A DNA stretch of 64,000 nucleotides from Planctomycetota bacterium (GTDB taxonomy: Bacteria > Planctomycetota > UBA8108 > SXIK01), in assembly GCA_965223845.1 (NCBI GenBank), contig CBDCXR010000004.1, positions 2,368,001 to 2,432,000 of the forward strand. Direction: 5' to 3'. The translations under genes and the position numbers were made by a program. Shown here piece by piece: positions 41,666-50,790 of the stretch; position 1 is the stretch's first letter; the number at the start of each line of letters is the position of its first letter. Under the pieces are notes generated by a model. The model was not told the origin of the DNA. It saw only the letters and a list, made by a program, of their open reading frames with translations, and made no database searches.

Positions 41666-42338
41666 GATTCCTCGCTTCGCGCGATGCCGTGCTGGTCGTG
41701 AAACTCGGCTGCCCCTCGGTCCCGCCCGGTCGGGCGCCGTCACCCTCGCGGTCCCCGAACGCGCTCGGCTGCGTCGCGTTCGATTCCGCGTCGAAACGTG
41801 TTAGCCCGATCGGCTGAACTCTCGGCGCCGCAGCTGCGCTCGAGCCCGATCGCAACGTCTCGACGTACTCCTCGACGGCGCTCAGGTTCCGCTCCATCCA
41901 CTGCGTCATCGTCCGCTCACCCGAAATGAGATCCGCGAGAGACGTGCGCGAGAGGACGCTGTCGAGCATGAGCTGAAGGCCGGACCAGAGCGATCGGATC
42001 GAGCAATCGGGACTGTGGACGCAGAACTCTCGATCCGCGCGGTAGCGCTCGCAGGTCTTCGGCTCGTAGAGCTTGCCCCCGAGCGCGGTGAGCACCTCGG
42101 CGACTGTCGTCTCGGCCGCGGGTCGCGTGAGCGCGTAGCCGCCCTTGCACCCGCGCACGCCCTCGACGATCCCGGCCTTCGCCAGGATGCGGAAGAGCCG
42201 CCCGGCATACTGGCTCGAGAGCCCTTCGTGCTCGGCGATCGAGCCGACGGTGCGGTACTCACCGCCGGCGGCGTCGCCCGCGCGCGCGAGGTGTAGCACA
42301 CACCGAAGACCGTACTCTTCCTGGGCGGTAAACTTCAT
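41649..42338 (-). CDS. Rrf2 family (IscR-like) transcriptional regulator
   Basis: EYGLR, G.RG..GGY.L, three Cys (C..C..C.IRSLW); first gene of the suf operon. Confidence 0.92.
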   Translation of the reverse strand: MKFTAQEEYGLRCVLHLARAGDAAGGEYRTVGSIAEHEGLSSQYAGRLFRILAKAGIVEGVRGCKGGYALTRPAAETTVAEVLTALGGKLYEPKTCERYRADREFCVHSPDCSIRSLWSGLQLMLDSVLSRTSLADLISGERTMTQWMERNLSAVEEYVETLRSGSSAAAAPRVQPIGLTRFDAESNATQPSAFGDREGDGARPGGTEGQPSFTTSTASREARNHVDID

Positions 42339-42393
42339 AATGAAAACACTTTAGAGCGCCTGTGGGGACCACCCGACACGGAAAGACTCCGAG

Positions 42394-42435
42394 AGTGTAG
42401 TGATTCTGACCCGATTTTCCACATCTTTGTAGTGA
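42394..42435 (-). promoter_or_regulatory. putative promoter/operator of the Rrf2-suf operon
   Basis: AT-rich island; TACACT -10 box; direct repeat TCACTACA at 42396-42403 and 42428-42435. Confidence 0.5.
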
Positions 42436-42537
42436 AATCGGTCGAACGGCGGGTTTGGGCGCCCGGAGCGTGGCGCACCGACGATCCCCGGCGGGCTTCA
42501 CGGCGATCGCTCGACCGCGGGCTCGAGAAGCCGTCGA

Positions 42538-43005
42538 TCAGAAGACGTCGATGTCTTCGGGTAGCGAATCCGGGACGTCCGGACGCTTGGCGCAGGGGGT
42601 CGGCTCGGAGTGCATCGCCGCCGGCCCCGCGCCGTGAGGCCTCGGTTCGGCCGCGAGTGATTCTCCTCCGGCCCTACGGACGAGCTCGTTCTGGAGCTTC
42701 CAGCTGAGGTCGTCGTCGAAGCACTTCGGGGCGAGCTTCGCGTATCCGACCTCGGTCAGGTAGCGCTCACCGCCCCACTCGAGCACGTCGAGGCCATCGA
42801 AGTAGACGCAGAAGTCGTCGTACCATGCCCACGCCCGCCCGATGGCGCTCTGGTGCCACGTGTCGACCACCTCGAACGCGACTACCGGTCGCCCGTCGAA
42901 GACCTTCACCTTGAAGGACGACTCCCGCCCGGCGGACCGGAGGTGCTCGGCGACGACGTCAAAAACGCTCGACCCGGGATCCTGCGACTCTGGACGTTCC
43001 GGCAC
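42538..43005 (-). CDS. ORF6N-like DNA-binding domain protein
   Basis: F.GRPVV.F..VD..H ... YLTEVGYAKL...F.DDLSWKLQ.ELV resembles the ORF6N consensus; GAGGAG RBS before the GTG start. Confidence 0.7.
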   Translation of the reverse strand: MPERPESQDPGSSVFDVVAEHLRSAGRESSFKVKVFDGRPVVAFEVVDTWHQSAIGRAWAWYDDFCVYFDGLDVLEWGGERYLTEVGYAKLAPKCFDDDLSWKLQNELVRRAGGESLAAEPRPHGAGPAAMHSEPTPCAKRPDVPDSLPEDIDVF

Positions 43006-43125
43006 GGACGACTCCTCGCGATGGTGGGAACGGCGCTCGATAGACCGGAGCAGTCTATCACACCAGGCGAGCGAGCCCAAGTTCGGGCTTCGTTCGAGTG
43101 CCGGCGGATCGCCGGAGAGTCCGGC

Positions 43126-43176
43126 GAAGAAAAAGGAGCCGAAGAAAGGCGACCTCGGACCGCCTCGCTCGGCTCC
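43126..43176 (-). terminator. putative Rho-independent terminator with no evident upstream gene
   Basis: GGAGCCGA/TCGGCTCC stem plus inner AGGCG/CGCCT, followed on the minus strand by TTTTTCTTC. Confidence 0.5.
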
Positions 43177-43616
43177 ATATTCATTCCTTGCGGATTCGGT
43201 AGACGGCAGCGTTCGCTCGCTCGTCCACTCTGTGGGTGAAGCAAATCGTTCTCCTCGCGAAACAGAATTCCTTCGTCGCGTACGTCGAACGATTTCCCGA
43301 CCGAGATTTCGGGGAGAATTCCGCTATCCTCCCGCGAGCGCCGAGGATAACGGTCTCCGACTCGCGCGAAGAAGAAGTCGACCGCTCCGCTCTACCGGAT
43401 CCGGCACCGCACCTGAGTGAACGCTCTCTTCGCACTCGCTCCCGCGTACGTAAGAGACGCTTTACGGCAGCGGTCCCCATCAACGACCGAACGCGCTCCG
43501 CCGCGGTGATCGATTGCGCGGACGACGAGGACCGCGTTTCCCGCCGCGATGTAGAAACGGACGCCGAAGCCGGGTTACCTTTGAAGGGTTCTAAACGACT
43601 CCGGAGGGAGAGACTC

Positions 43617-44555
43617 ATGAACCATCGGCGTGCCGGCTGGATCGCCGCCTTCGTTGGGATCACTACGCTTTGCTGCCCCGCGTTAGCTGGGGAGTCGAGC
43701 GCATCCGTCGCCTACCGCCTGGGCTCCGTCGAATCGACGTCGAGCGCGTTCGTCCGCGTCCCGTTCGACGTCACGGCAAAGCTCGACGTCTCCGTACTCA
43801 CGTGGAGCGTCGAGTTCGATCCGAGCGCACTCGCGTTCGAGTCGGTCGAGCTGTCCGATCAGCTCCGCGAGCGCCTGTCGAATCCCGAGAGCGAGGATGG
43901 CTCTCTCCACGAGGATTCGGAGCTCGAGGTGTTCGTCGACTCCGTCGAAGGCTGGGTTCAGATTTCGCTCGTCTCCGACTATCGCAGTCGCGGGCGCTTC
44001 GCAATCCCGCCGGGACTCCTTCGCTCGGGCATCCATCTTGTTTTTCGCGTCGCGGACAACGCGGCGGAGGGCACGTATCCTCTCCGCTTCTCTCGCGTCG
44101 GTGAAGCCGAGTACGCCGGCAACTTCCTTCTCGACGGCTCGGAGCCGGTTTACAACCGAACCCGCGCGTTCGCGCTCGACGAAGAGTTCAGCCCGGAGTC
44201 AAAGCTGGACGGATCGACGGAGGCAGAGCTCGCCGATGGCGAGATCGTCGTCGCGCACATCATCGGAGACGTCGGAGTGTTTCTGCGCGGCGACGCGAAC
44301 ATCGACGGCTTCGTGGATGTCTCCGACCCGATTCGCGTGCTGGGTTTCCTCTTTGTCTCCGCCGAGCAGTTTGTCTGCCCGCGCACTGCCGACGTCAACT
44401 CCGACCGAGCGCTCGACATCAGCGATCCGATCGCGATCCTGACTCAGCTCTTTGTCGTCGACACGTTCGCGCCGGAGTGGATTCCGGTCGGGTACACGGG
44501 CGCTCACTGCGCAATCGACACGATTCTCGACGAGCCCAGCGACCCAGCCGATTGA
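43617..44555 (+). CDS. secreted cohesin-like plus dockerin protein
   Basis: Signal peptide; VRVPF...SVEFDPSAL.F...FRVADNAAEGTYPLRF; FLRGDANIDGFVDVSDP...TADVNSDRALDISDP. Confidence 0.8.
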   Translation: MNHRRAGWIAAFVGITTLCCPALAGESSASVAYRLGSVESTSSAFVRVPFDVTAKLDVSVLTWSVEFDPSALAFESVELSDQLRERLSNPESEDGSLHEDSELEVFVDSVEGWVQISLVSDYRSRGRFAIPPGLLRSGIHLVFRVADNAAEGTYPLRFSRVGEAEYAGNFLLDGSEPVYNRTRAFALDEEFSPESKLDGSTEAELADGEIVVAHIIGDVGVFLRGDANIDGFVDVSDPIRVLGFLFVSAEQFVCPRTADVNSDRALDISDPIAILTQLFVVDTFAPEWIPVGYTGAHCAIDTILDEPSDPAD

Positions 44556-44614
44556 CTCGGTTGCGCCGACTCGAGGCTGCTTAGCGGGGCGCGGTTTCTT
44601 CTTCGATCGGTACC

Positions 44615-47600
44615 ATGACGCGCTCTCGACGCCGCCCTCAGCATCCGCGCTACGAGATCTCGGAGCGTCTCGCTGCCGGCGGTACGAGCGACGTCTTCCT
44701 CGCACGCGATCGAATCGACGGCTCTAGCGTCGCGCTCAAGATTTGCCGCGACGCGGCGGCCCCCACCCGCTTCACGCGCGAGTTCCGCGTCCTTCGCGAT
44801 CTGCGCCACCCGGCGATCGTCCAAGCGCTCGACTTCGGCGTCATGCCCGATAGCGGCTCGGCGTACGTCGCGCTCGAGCACGTCGAGGGGAGGAGCCTCG
44901 ACGAAGAGATCAAATCCTACTCGCGCCCACTTTCCGCGGACGATCGAGCGCACCTCGTTCGCGTCCTCGCCGAGCTCGCAGACGCTCTCGTCTACATCCA
45001 TCGGCGCCGGATCCTCCACCTCGACCTCAAGCCGTCGAACATGATCCTCGCGACGGCCGGGGTCCGTCTGATCGATTTCGGCTTCGTCGAGGACCGCGAG
45101 CGTCAACCTCGTCGAATCGTTCACGGCACTCCGCGCTACGCGGCGCCCGAGATCCTCGCGGGCCGTCCCGCCGACGAGAGGAGCGACCTCTTCTCGGTGG
45201 GCGTCACGATGTACCGAGCGCTGACAGGAAGATATCCCTACACGCGAACGCAGCTCGAAAGTTCAGCCAGCGGGGATGTCCCGGCTGCGCCGCGTCGTCT
45301 TCGCGCCGAGACGGACGCATTGGACGCGATCGTGCTCCGACTCGTCGCGTGGGCTCCTGAGGATCGCTTCCCGCGCGCTGAAGCCCTCGCGGATGCGCTC
45401 GCGGAAGCGTTCCCCGATGCGCTCGCGGCGACCCGTGCGGCCGGCAGCGCGGAGTTCATCGGCCGGCGCGCCGAGCTCGATCGCTTTCTCGAGTGGCTCG
45501 ATTCGTTCACCACGGGCGACGCTCCGGCTCCTCTAGTCATCCGCGGCGAAACCGGGATCGGGAAGACACGGTTCATCGATCGGTGCACCACGGAGCTCCT
45601 CAGCACCGGAGTGAACGTTTTCAGCGTGCCGGCGAAGTCGCGCCGAGAGTTTGACACACTGCGCCGCCTGGTCCAGCAGGTGTTGGCGCTCTCTCCGGCG
45701 ACACCGGACGCGCTCGATGCGCGATTCGGTTTTCTCCTGTCCGTTCTCGGTCTCGCGGAAGACCCGACCCGCCTCGACGAGCTGCGTGACTTCGACGTAG
45801 AGCAGATTCGATCGCGAATCTTTCGTGAGTTCTTCGACCTCCTCGACGAGTCTACCGCAGAGCGCCTCACGATCGTCAGCGATAACGCCGATCTCGCGGA
45901 TCCTCACTGGCGCGCGCTCGTCGAGCGAGTTCTCCACGGCGGAGTTCCCGCACCGCTCGCGGGACGAGTCGGGTGGATCGTTTCGACGCGAGACGCGGGC
46001 GAGATCGCCGGCGGCGATGCTCTCGATCTCTCGCCCCTCGATCCCGAGGAAACACTCGCTCTTTCCACCGCACTCCTCCCTCGGGCCGACGACGACGTCC
46101 GGCGACGCCACGCGGAGACGGCGCGCGGAAACCCCGGCTTTCTCGCTCAGCTCGTCCGGCGCTCAACTCCTCTACCGAGTGGCAGCCTCGCCGGCGGCGC
46201 CGACCTCGCTCGTGTGCTTCGGCTCGAGTTTCTCAACGTCGAGCGAGACGAGCAGGATGTCGTGATTTGTCTCAGTCTCCTCGGCCGACCGTCGACGACG
46301 GGCGAGCTCGCCCGCATTACAGGGTCTGCCGAAGACGACGTCGATCATCGCATCGACGCTCTCGTCGCGGTCGGCCTCGTCGAGAGACGCGGCACGAGCT
46401 GTGATCTCGGTCACGACGTCCTCGACGCCGAGACGATCTCCACCTTTGCTCCGGATCGGGTTCCCGATCTGCACGCGCGCATCGGCGAAGCCCTCGTCGA
46501 ATCACGCGCCGATTCCCGCGAGGCCGCGCGCCACCTGCTTCGCTCTCCGGAGGTCGAACGCGGTCTCGCCGTCGGACGCGAGGCACTCGACGCCCTCAAG
46601 CAATCGGGAAGAGTCCACAGCGCGCTCGACCTCTGCGCCGAGATGCTCGAGCACGGGTCGACGATGCCCGGAGACCAGCGACTCACTCTCCTCGAAGAGG
46701 AAGGCGACCTCGCGCAGAAGGCCGGACGGCTCGACTCGGCGCTCGAATCGTACGACAAGCTTCTCGACGAGACGGATCTCCAAGGACTCGCGCGCGTCCG
46801 GGCCCAACGAAAGAAGGGCGGCGCCCTCCAGCGCTCCGGACAGAGTGACGCCGCACACTCGGCGCTCCTCGCGGCTCTTCACAGTCTCGATCCCGCCGAC
46901 GCGCCGGCGAGTCCGGCCACTCTCGATGAGGAGCTTCATCTCGCGAACGAACTCGCGGCGTTTCACCTCTATCGCGGCGAATTCGCCCAGAGCACGACGT
47001 TTGCCAACCGTGGCCTCGAGGTCCTCGCGAGCGATGCGGCTCGCGCGATCGACGAGCCGAAGCGCGCTCTGCACGCGCTCAACCTCCATTCGATCGCGGG
47101 CCACATCTACCTCCGCCAATTCGAGTACGAGCGTTCGACCGAACAGTTCGAAAAAGCCCTCGAACACTCGGGGGATCGCGCGGCGCTCCCGAGCTCGGCG
47201 CTCATCCTCAACAACCTCGGCGTCGCTTATCAGCAGTGGAATCGGATCCGTCGAGCCCTCGATGTCTACGAGCGGGCACGAAAGGTGGCGCAGCTCCTCG
47301 GCGACGATACCGCCGTGTTCAGCATCCAGTGCAACGTCGCCGGAGTCCGCGCGCGCCTCGGCCAGCTCAGTCTCGCCGACGAGCTGCTGGAAGTCGCGCG
47401 CGCCATGCCGATATGCACGAGCTCACGCCGAGCCCGGCTGTTCTTCCTGTATACGCGAGCGCTCACGGCGAGACTGGCGGGAATCGACGCGGGCGAGCAG
47501 TGGCGAGAAGTGGTCGCGCTCGCCGACGAACTTCCCGATCCGCTCTTCGCGGGATACGCACGCGTTCACTCGCTCGAGAACGAGATCTTTGCCGGGCGAT

Positions 47601-49762
47601 TCGCGGACGCGCGACGCATCGCGGAGTCGGTGAGCGGAGCGGGCGACGCGCGGCGGCAGCGTGCCGTCGACCTCCGACTCGCGTATCTCGATGCCGTTTG
47701 TGGACATCGACGGAGCGCGGAGACGATCCTCGCGCGCTGGTCGAAGAGCATGTCGCTTCGTGACGATGCCGGTTCGGACTCGGCGTTCCTCTGGGACACC
47801 GTGATCTTCGCCGGGGCGCTGATCGAGCTCGGGGAGCTCGACGGCGCCAAGGAGAAGCTCGAATTCGCCGCGGGACTCTTCGATGAGCTCGGAGAAATCC
47901 CGGGCCGGCTCGAGTGCGCGCTGCAGCTCGCGGATCTCTATCTGCGTTCGAGAGACGGAGACGCGGCGGAGCGCTCGCTCGGCGATGCACGACAGGCGCT
48001 CGCCCTTCACGACACGAGTTTCGGGTCGCGGGACGCGAGACGACGACTCCTCTTCCTCGAGATACGAAGCGCCGTACTCGCAGGCGCGCGGTCGCGGTCG
48101 CGACTTCCCGCGCCACTCCGGCGCGCAGTTCTCGAAGATTCTCTCACGGGGGTCGGCGAGCTCGAGTGGCTCGTCCTCCTCACGGCGACAGAAGGGGGCG
48201 TGAGTGGCCTCGATCCCCGTCTGAAGGCCGCGCGCGACGCATTCGTCGCCGGACTTGGTCCGCACGACCGTGCGAGCTACCTCCAGCGGGACCAGCGACG
48301 ACGACTGGGGCTCGCTCCGGCTGGCGACGCGTTGACGACGCGAGAGACCGAACGCTCGGCGCAGCAGCTCGGAAGCCTCTATCGACTGCGCTCGGCCAAG
48401 GAATTCAACGCGGCCTTCGATCTCGCGCTCGAGGCCATCGGAGCCGAGAGCGTCGCAATCGTCGTCGAAACGAGCGGAGGAGGGCGGAAACTCCTCCACG
48501 CGCGGTCAGCCGGTCGCTCGTCCCTGACCGGCGAGCTCGATCTCAACTCGCTCACGGCCGACGGAAGTCGGTGCGGTGACTGGCTCTCGGTCGAGCTGCC
48601 TCGGCCGGACGAGCGCCGCCCGAGTTTCCTCTGCGCGGAGGTTCCCCGCGACGGGAATGTCGACGACGACGAGACGATCGAGTTTCTTCACCTCGTCGCG
48701 CACTTTTTGGTGCGGCTCCTACCGCGCGTTTCTCCGACCGATCGCGGCGAAAACGGGGACTCGACGCGGCTGTTGCGGCCCGGCACTCCGCCCGATCCGA
48801 ACGCGGAGATCGTCGCCGAGTCTCCAGTGATGCGCGAGATCGTCACCCTCATCGAGCGAACGCGGGACTCGAACCTTCCCGTTCTCATCAGCGGCGAGTC
48901 CGGAGTCGGCAAAGACTTCATCGCGCGGCGCGTGCACGCGCGGAGTCAGCGGGCGAACGAAGCGTTCGTCGCCCAAGACTGCTCGGCCATCCCCGAGGGA
49001 CTCTTCGAAGCCGAGCTGTTCGGCGCAGTCGCGGGCGCGTTCACCGGCGCGACGGAAGCGCGGGAAGGCTGCCTCGTCGCGGCGGATGGCGGGACGTTTT
49101 ATCTCGACGGCATCGATTCACTTCCGCTCGAGGCGCAGGCGAAACTCCTCCGCGTTCTCGAGACGGGCGAAATCCGGCCGCTCGGCAGCGCCGAGTCGCT
49201 CTCGATCGACATCCGTGTCGTCAGCTCGGCTCGCCGCAATCTCAAGGATCTGAGCGCCCGGGGAGAGTTCCGGCGCGACCTCTACTTTCGCGTCGCCGGA
49301 ATCTGTCTCGAGCTTCCCCCGCTGCGCGAGCGGACCGGAGACATCCCCGGTCTCGTCCAGGCGTTCCAACGAGAGATCGCCGAGTCGAAAACCGCGTTCA
49401 CGGCGCCGAGCATCGAAGCCCTCAAGGCATACTCTTGGCCGGGAAACGTCCGTGAGCTCGAGTCCTTGGTTCGCCGGTTGGCGCTCACGGTCGACGGATC
49501 CGTCGAGCCGGAACACGTCCGAGACGCGCTCGGCATCGCGCGCGATGTCCCGCAGTTTCCGACGTGGATCTTCGAGGACCGCGACTACCGCGAAGTCATG
49601 GATGCGGTGAAGCGAGAGTATTTGCTCCATCTCTTCGATCGCTACGACGGGGATCTCGCCCGTGTCGCGGAAGCGATGGGGACGACCAAGCGAAACGTCT
49701 ACCTCCGGTTTCAGCAGGTCGGCCTGAAGCCGACGGAGCTCCGCAACCGGCGCTCGAGCTGA
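44615..49762 (+). CDS. Ser/Thr kinase - AAA ATPase - TPR - sigma54-dependent activator - Fis HTH fusion
   Basis: VALK, HLDLKPSN, DFG, APE; FIGR, GETGIGKT, GNP; LNNLG TPRs; GESGVGK, GAFTGA, FRRDLYFR, WPGNVRELE; C-terminal HTH. Confidence 0.92.
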   Translation: MTRSRRRPQHPRYEISERLAAGGTSDVFLARDRIDGSSVALKICRDAAAPTRFTREFRVLRDLRHPAIVQALDFGVMPDSGSAYVALEHVEGRSLDEEIKSYSRPLSADDRAHLVRVLAELADALVYIHRRRILHLDLKPSNMILATAGVRLIDFGFVEDRERQPRRIVHGTPRYAAPEILAGRPADERSDLFSVGVTMYRALTGRYPYTRTQLESSASGDVPAAPRRLRAETDALDAIVLRLVAWAPEDRFPRAEALADALAEAFPDALAATRAAGSAEFIGRRAELDRFLEWLDSFTTGDAPAPLVIRGETGIGKTRFIDRCTTELLSTGVNVFSVPAKSRREFDTLRRLVQQVLALSPATPDALDARFGFLLSVLGLAEDPTRLDELRDFDVEQIRSRIFREFFDLLDESTAERLTIVSDNADLADPHWRALVERVLHGGVPAPLAGRVGWIVSTRDAGEIAGGDALDLSPLDPEETLALSTALLPRADDDVRRRHAETARGNPGFLAQLVRRSTPLPSGSLAGGADLARVLRLEFLNVERDEQDVVICLSLLGRPSTTGELARITGSAEDDVDHRIDALVAVGLVERRGTSCDLGHDVLDAETISTFAPDRVPDLHARIGEALVESRADSREAARHLLRSPEVERGLAVGREALDALKQSGRVHSALDLCAEMLEHGSTMPGDQRLTLLEEEGDLAQKAGRLDSALESYDKLLDETDLQGLARVRAQRKKGGALQRSGQSDAAHSALLAALHSLDPADAPASPATLDEELHLANELAAFHLYRGEFAQSTTFANRGLEVLASDAARAIDEPKRALHALNLHSIAGHIYLRQFEYERSTEQFEKALEHSGDRAALPSSALILNNLGVAYQQWNRIRRALDVYERARKVAQLLGDDTAVFSIQCNVAGVRARLGQLSLADELLEVARAMPICTSSRRARLFFLYTRALTARLAGIDAGEQWREVVALADELPDPLFAGYARVHSLENEIFAGRFADARRIAESVSGAGDARRQRAVDLRLAYLDAVCGHRRSAETILARWSKSMSLRDDAGSDSAFLWDTVIFAGALIELGELDGAKEKLEFAAGLFDELGEIPGRLECALQLADLYLRSRDGDAAERSLGDARQALALHDTSFGSRDARRRLLFLEIRSAVLAGARSRSRLPAPLRRAVLEDSLTGVGELEWLVLLTATEGGVSGLDPRLKAARDAFVAGLGPHDRASYLQRDQRRRLGLAPAGDALTTRETERSAQQLGSLYRLRSAKEFNAAFDLALEAIGAESVAIVVETSGGGRKLLHARSAGRSSLTGELDLNSLTADGSRCGDWLSVELPRPDERRPSFLCAEVPRDGNVDDDETIEFLHLVAHFLVRLLPRVSPTDRGENGDSTRLLRPGTPPDPNAEIVAESPVMREIVTLIERTRDSNLPVLISGESGVGKDFIARRVHARSQRANEAFVAQDCSAIPEGLFEAELFGAVAGAFTGATEAREGCLVAADGGTFYLDGIDSLPLEAQAKLLRVLETGEIRPLGSAESLSIDIRVVSSARRNLKDLSARGEFRRDLYFRVAGICLELPPLRERTGDIPGLVQAFQREIAESKTAFTAPSIEALKAYSWPGNVRELESLVRRLALTVDGSVEPEHVRDALGIARDVPQFPTWIFEDRDYREVMDAVKREYLLHLFDRYDGDLARVAEAMGTTKRNVYLRFQQVGLKPTELRNRRSS

Positions 49763-49774
49763 TCGGGCGACACG

Positions 49775-49803
49775 TTGACGTCCTCGAATTTAGTGTCCAT
49801 TCT
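49775..49803 (+). promoter_or_regulatory. putative sigma70 promoter
   Basis: TTGACG-17 nt-CATTCT upstream of the DUF1080 gene. Confidence 0.5.
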
Positions 49804-49878
49804 GAGAGGCGGACTCTTCCGCGAGTGCGCGAACGCGCTACTCACCCGTTCGACGACCACGCTTTCGGAGCGACTCTC

Positions 49879-50694
49879 ATGCGCTTTCCCCTCGCTATTC
49901 TCGCTTTCGTTCTCGTCCCCCTCGCGCTCCCGAATCGCGCCGTCTCCGACGACGCCAAACAGTCGACGAAGAAATCCGATCGGGAAAAGGCGAACGCGGA
50001 GTGTCCATTCTCCGGGCGCGCCGTCGACCCGGAGGAGTGGATCTTCAGCGAAGGGAAGCGAGTCCTCTTCTGCTGCGCGAACTGCACCGGAAAGTTCACG
50101 CTCGAAAAGGAAAATCGGCTGTCGGCAGAGGAGCGGAAGGCCGGGTGGAGGCTCGTGTTCAACGGACGGGACCTCGACGGATTCGCGCCACCCACTCGGA
50201 CGGGGAAGTGGTCTGTCGAGGACGGAATCCTGTCCGCCACGGGTGGCCCCGGAGTCCTCGGCACGAAAGAGAGCTATCGCGACTTCGAGCTCCGCTTCGA
50301 CGCGGAGGTCTACGACACCGGCGAGAGGCGCGGGAACAGCGGAGTCTTCATCCGCGGCCCCGATCTCCTCGGATTTCGCGGCCGGTGGCCGAACGGGCTC
50401 GAGGTGCAGATCGACCACGGCGATCCGAACTTTTGGACCGGAGCGATTTGGAAGATCGCGAAGGCAAAGAAGGTGAAGACACGTGACAAAGAGTGGTTCC
50501 AGCTTCGGATCCGCGCCGAGGGGAAGCTCGTCCGCGTGTGGGTGAACGGCGAGCTCGTGACGGAACACGAGCAGAAGGACGACCCCGCGGCCGGTCCGAT
50601 CGCCTTTCAGGTGCATCACGCGACCGACGTCGTTCGCTTGAAGAACGTGAAGGTGCGCGCCCTCGAATCGAAGAAGGCGAGGTCGAAGAAGTAG
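49879..50694 (+). CDS. secreted YHS-like domain plus DUF1080 (3-keto-disaccharide hydrolase family) protein
   Basis: CPFSG...FCCANC..KF; GW..VFNG.DL.G, W.VEDG, NSGVFIR, EVQI, VNG, G.I.FQ.H, KN.KVR. Confidence 0.88.
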   Translation: MRFPLAILAFVLVPLALPNRAVSDDAKQSTKKSDREKANAECPFSGRAVDPEEWIFSEGKRVLFCCANCTGKFTLEKENRLSAEERKAGWRLVFNGRDLDGFAPPTRTGKWSVEDGILSATGGPGVLGTKESYRDFELRFDAEVYDTGERRGNSGVFIRGPDLLGFRGRWPNGLEVQIDHGDPNFWTGAIWKIAKAKKVKTRDKEWFQLRIRAEGKLVRVWVNGELVTEHEQKDDPAAGPIAFQVHHATDVVRLKNVKVRALESKKARSKK

Positions 50695-50790
50695 CTTCCC
50701 GGGATTCATCGGCGCCGCGGTTCGCTCGCCCCTTCCGGCCGAAGGTTCGTGCGAGGCCGCCAGGCCAAACGACGGAGAGACGATCGGTAC

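Noticed and set aside
42538-43616. Prophage or integrated element around the ORF6N-like gene
   Set aside because: No integrase, structural genes, att repeats or tRNA target visible.
44615-49762. Calling the kinase-ATPase-TPR protein an Avs-type antiphage system
   Set aside because: No nuclease, TIR, SIR2 or similar effector and no defence-island context; the output domains indicate transcriptional signalling.
43006-50000. Sigma54 -24/-12 promoter near the activator gene
   Set aside because: No convincing TGGCAC-N5-TTGC found by eye in the flanking intergenic regions.
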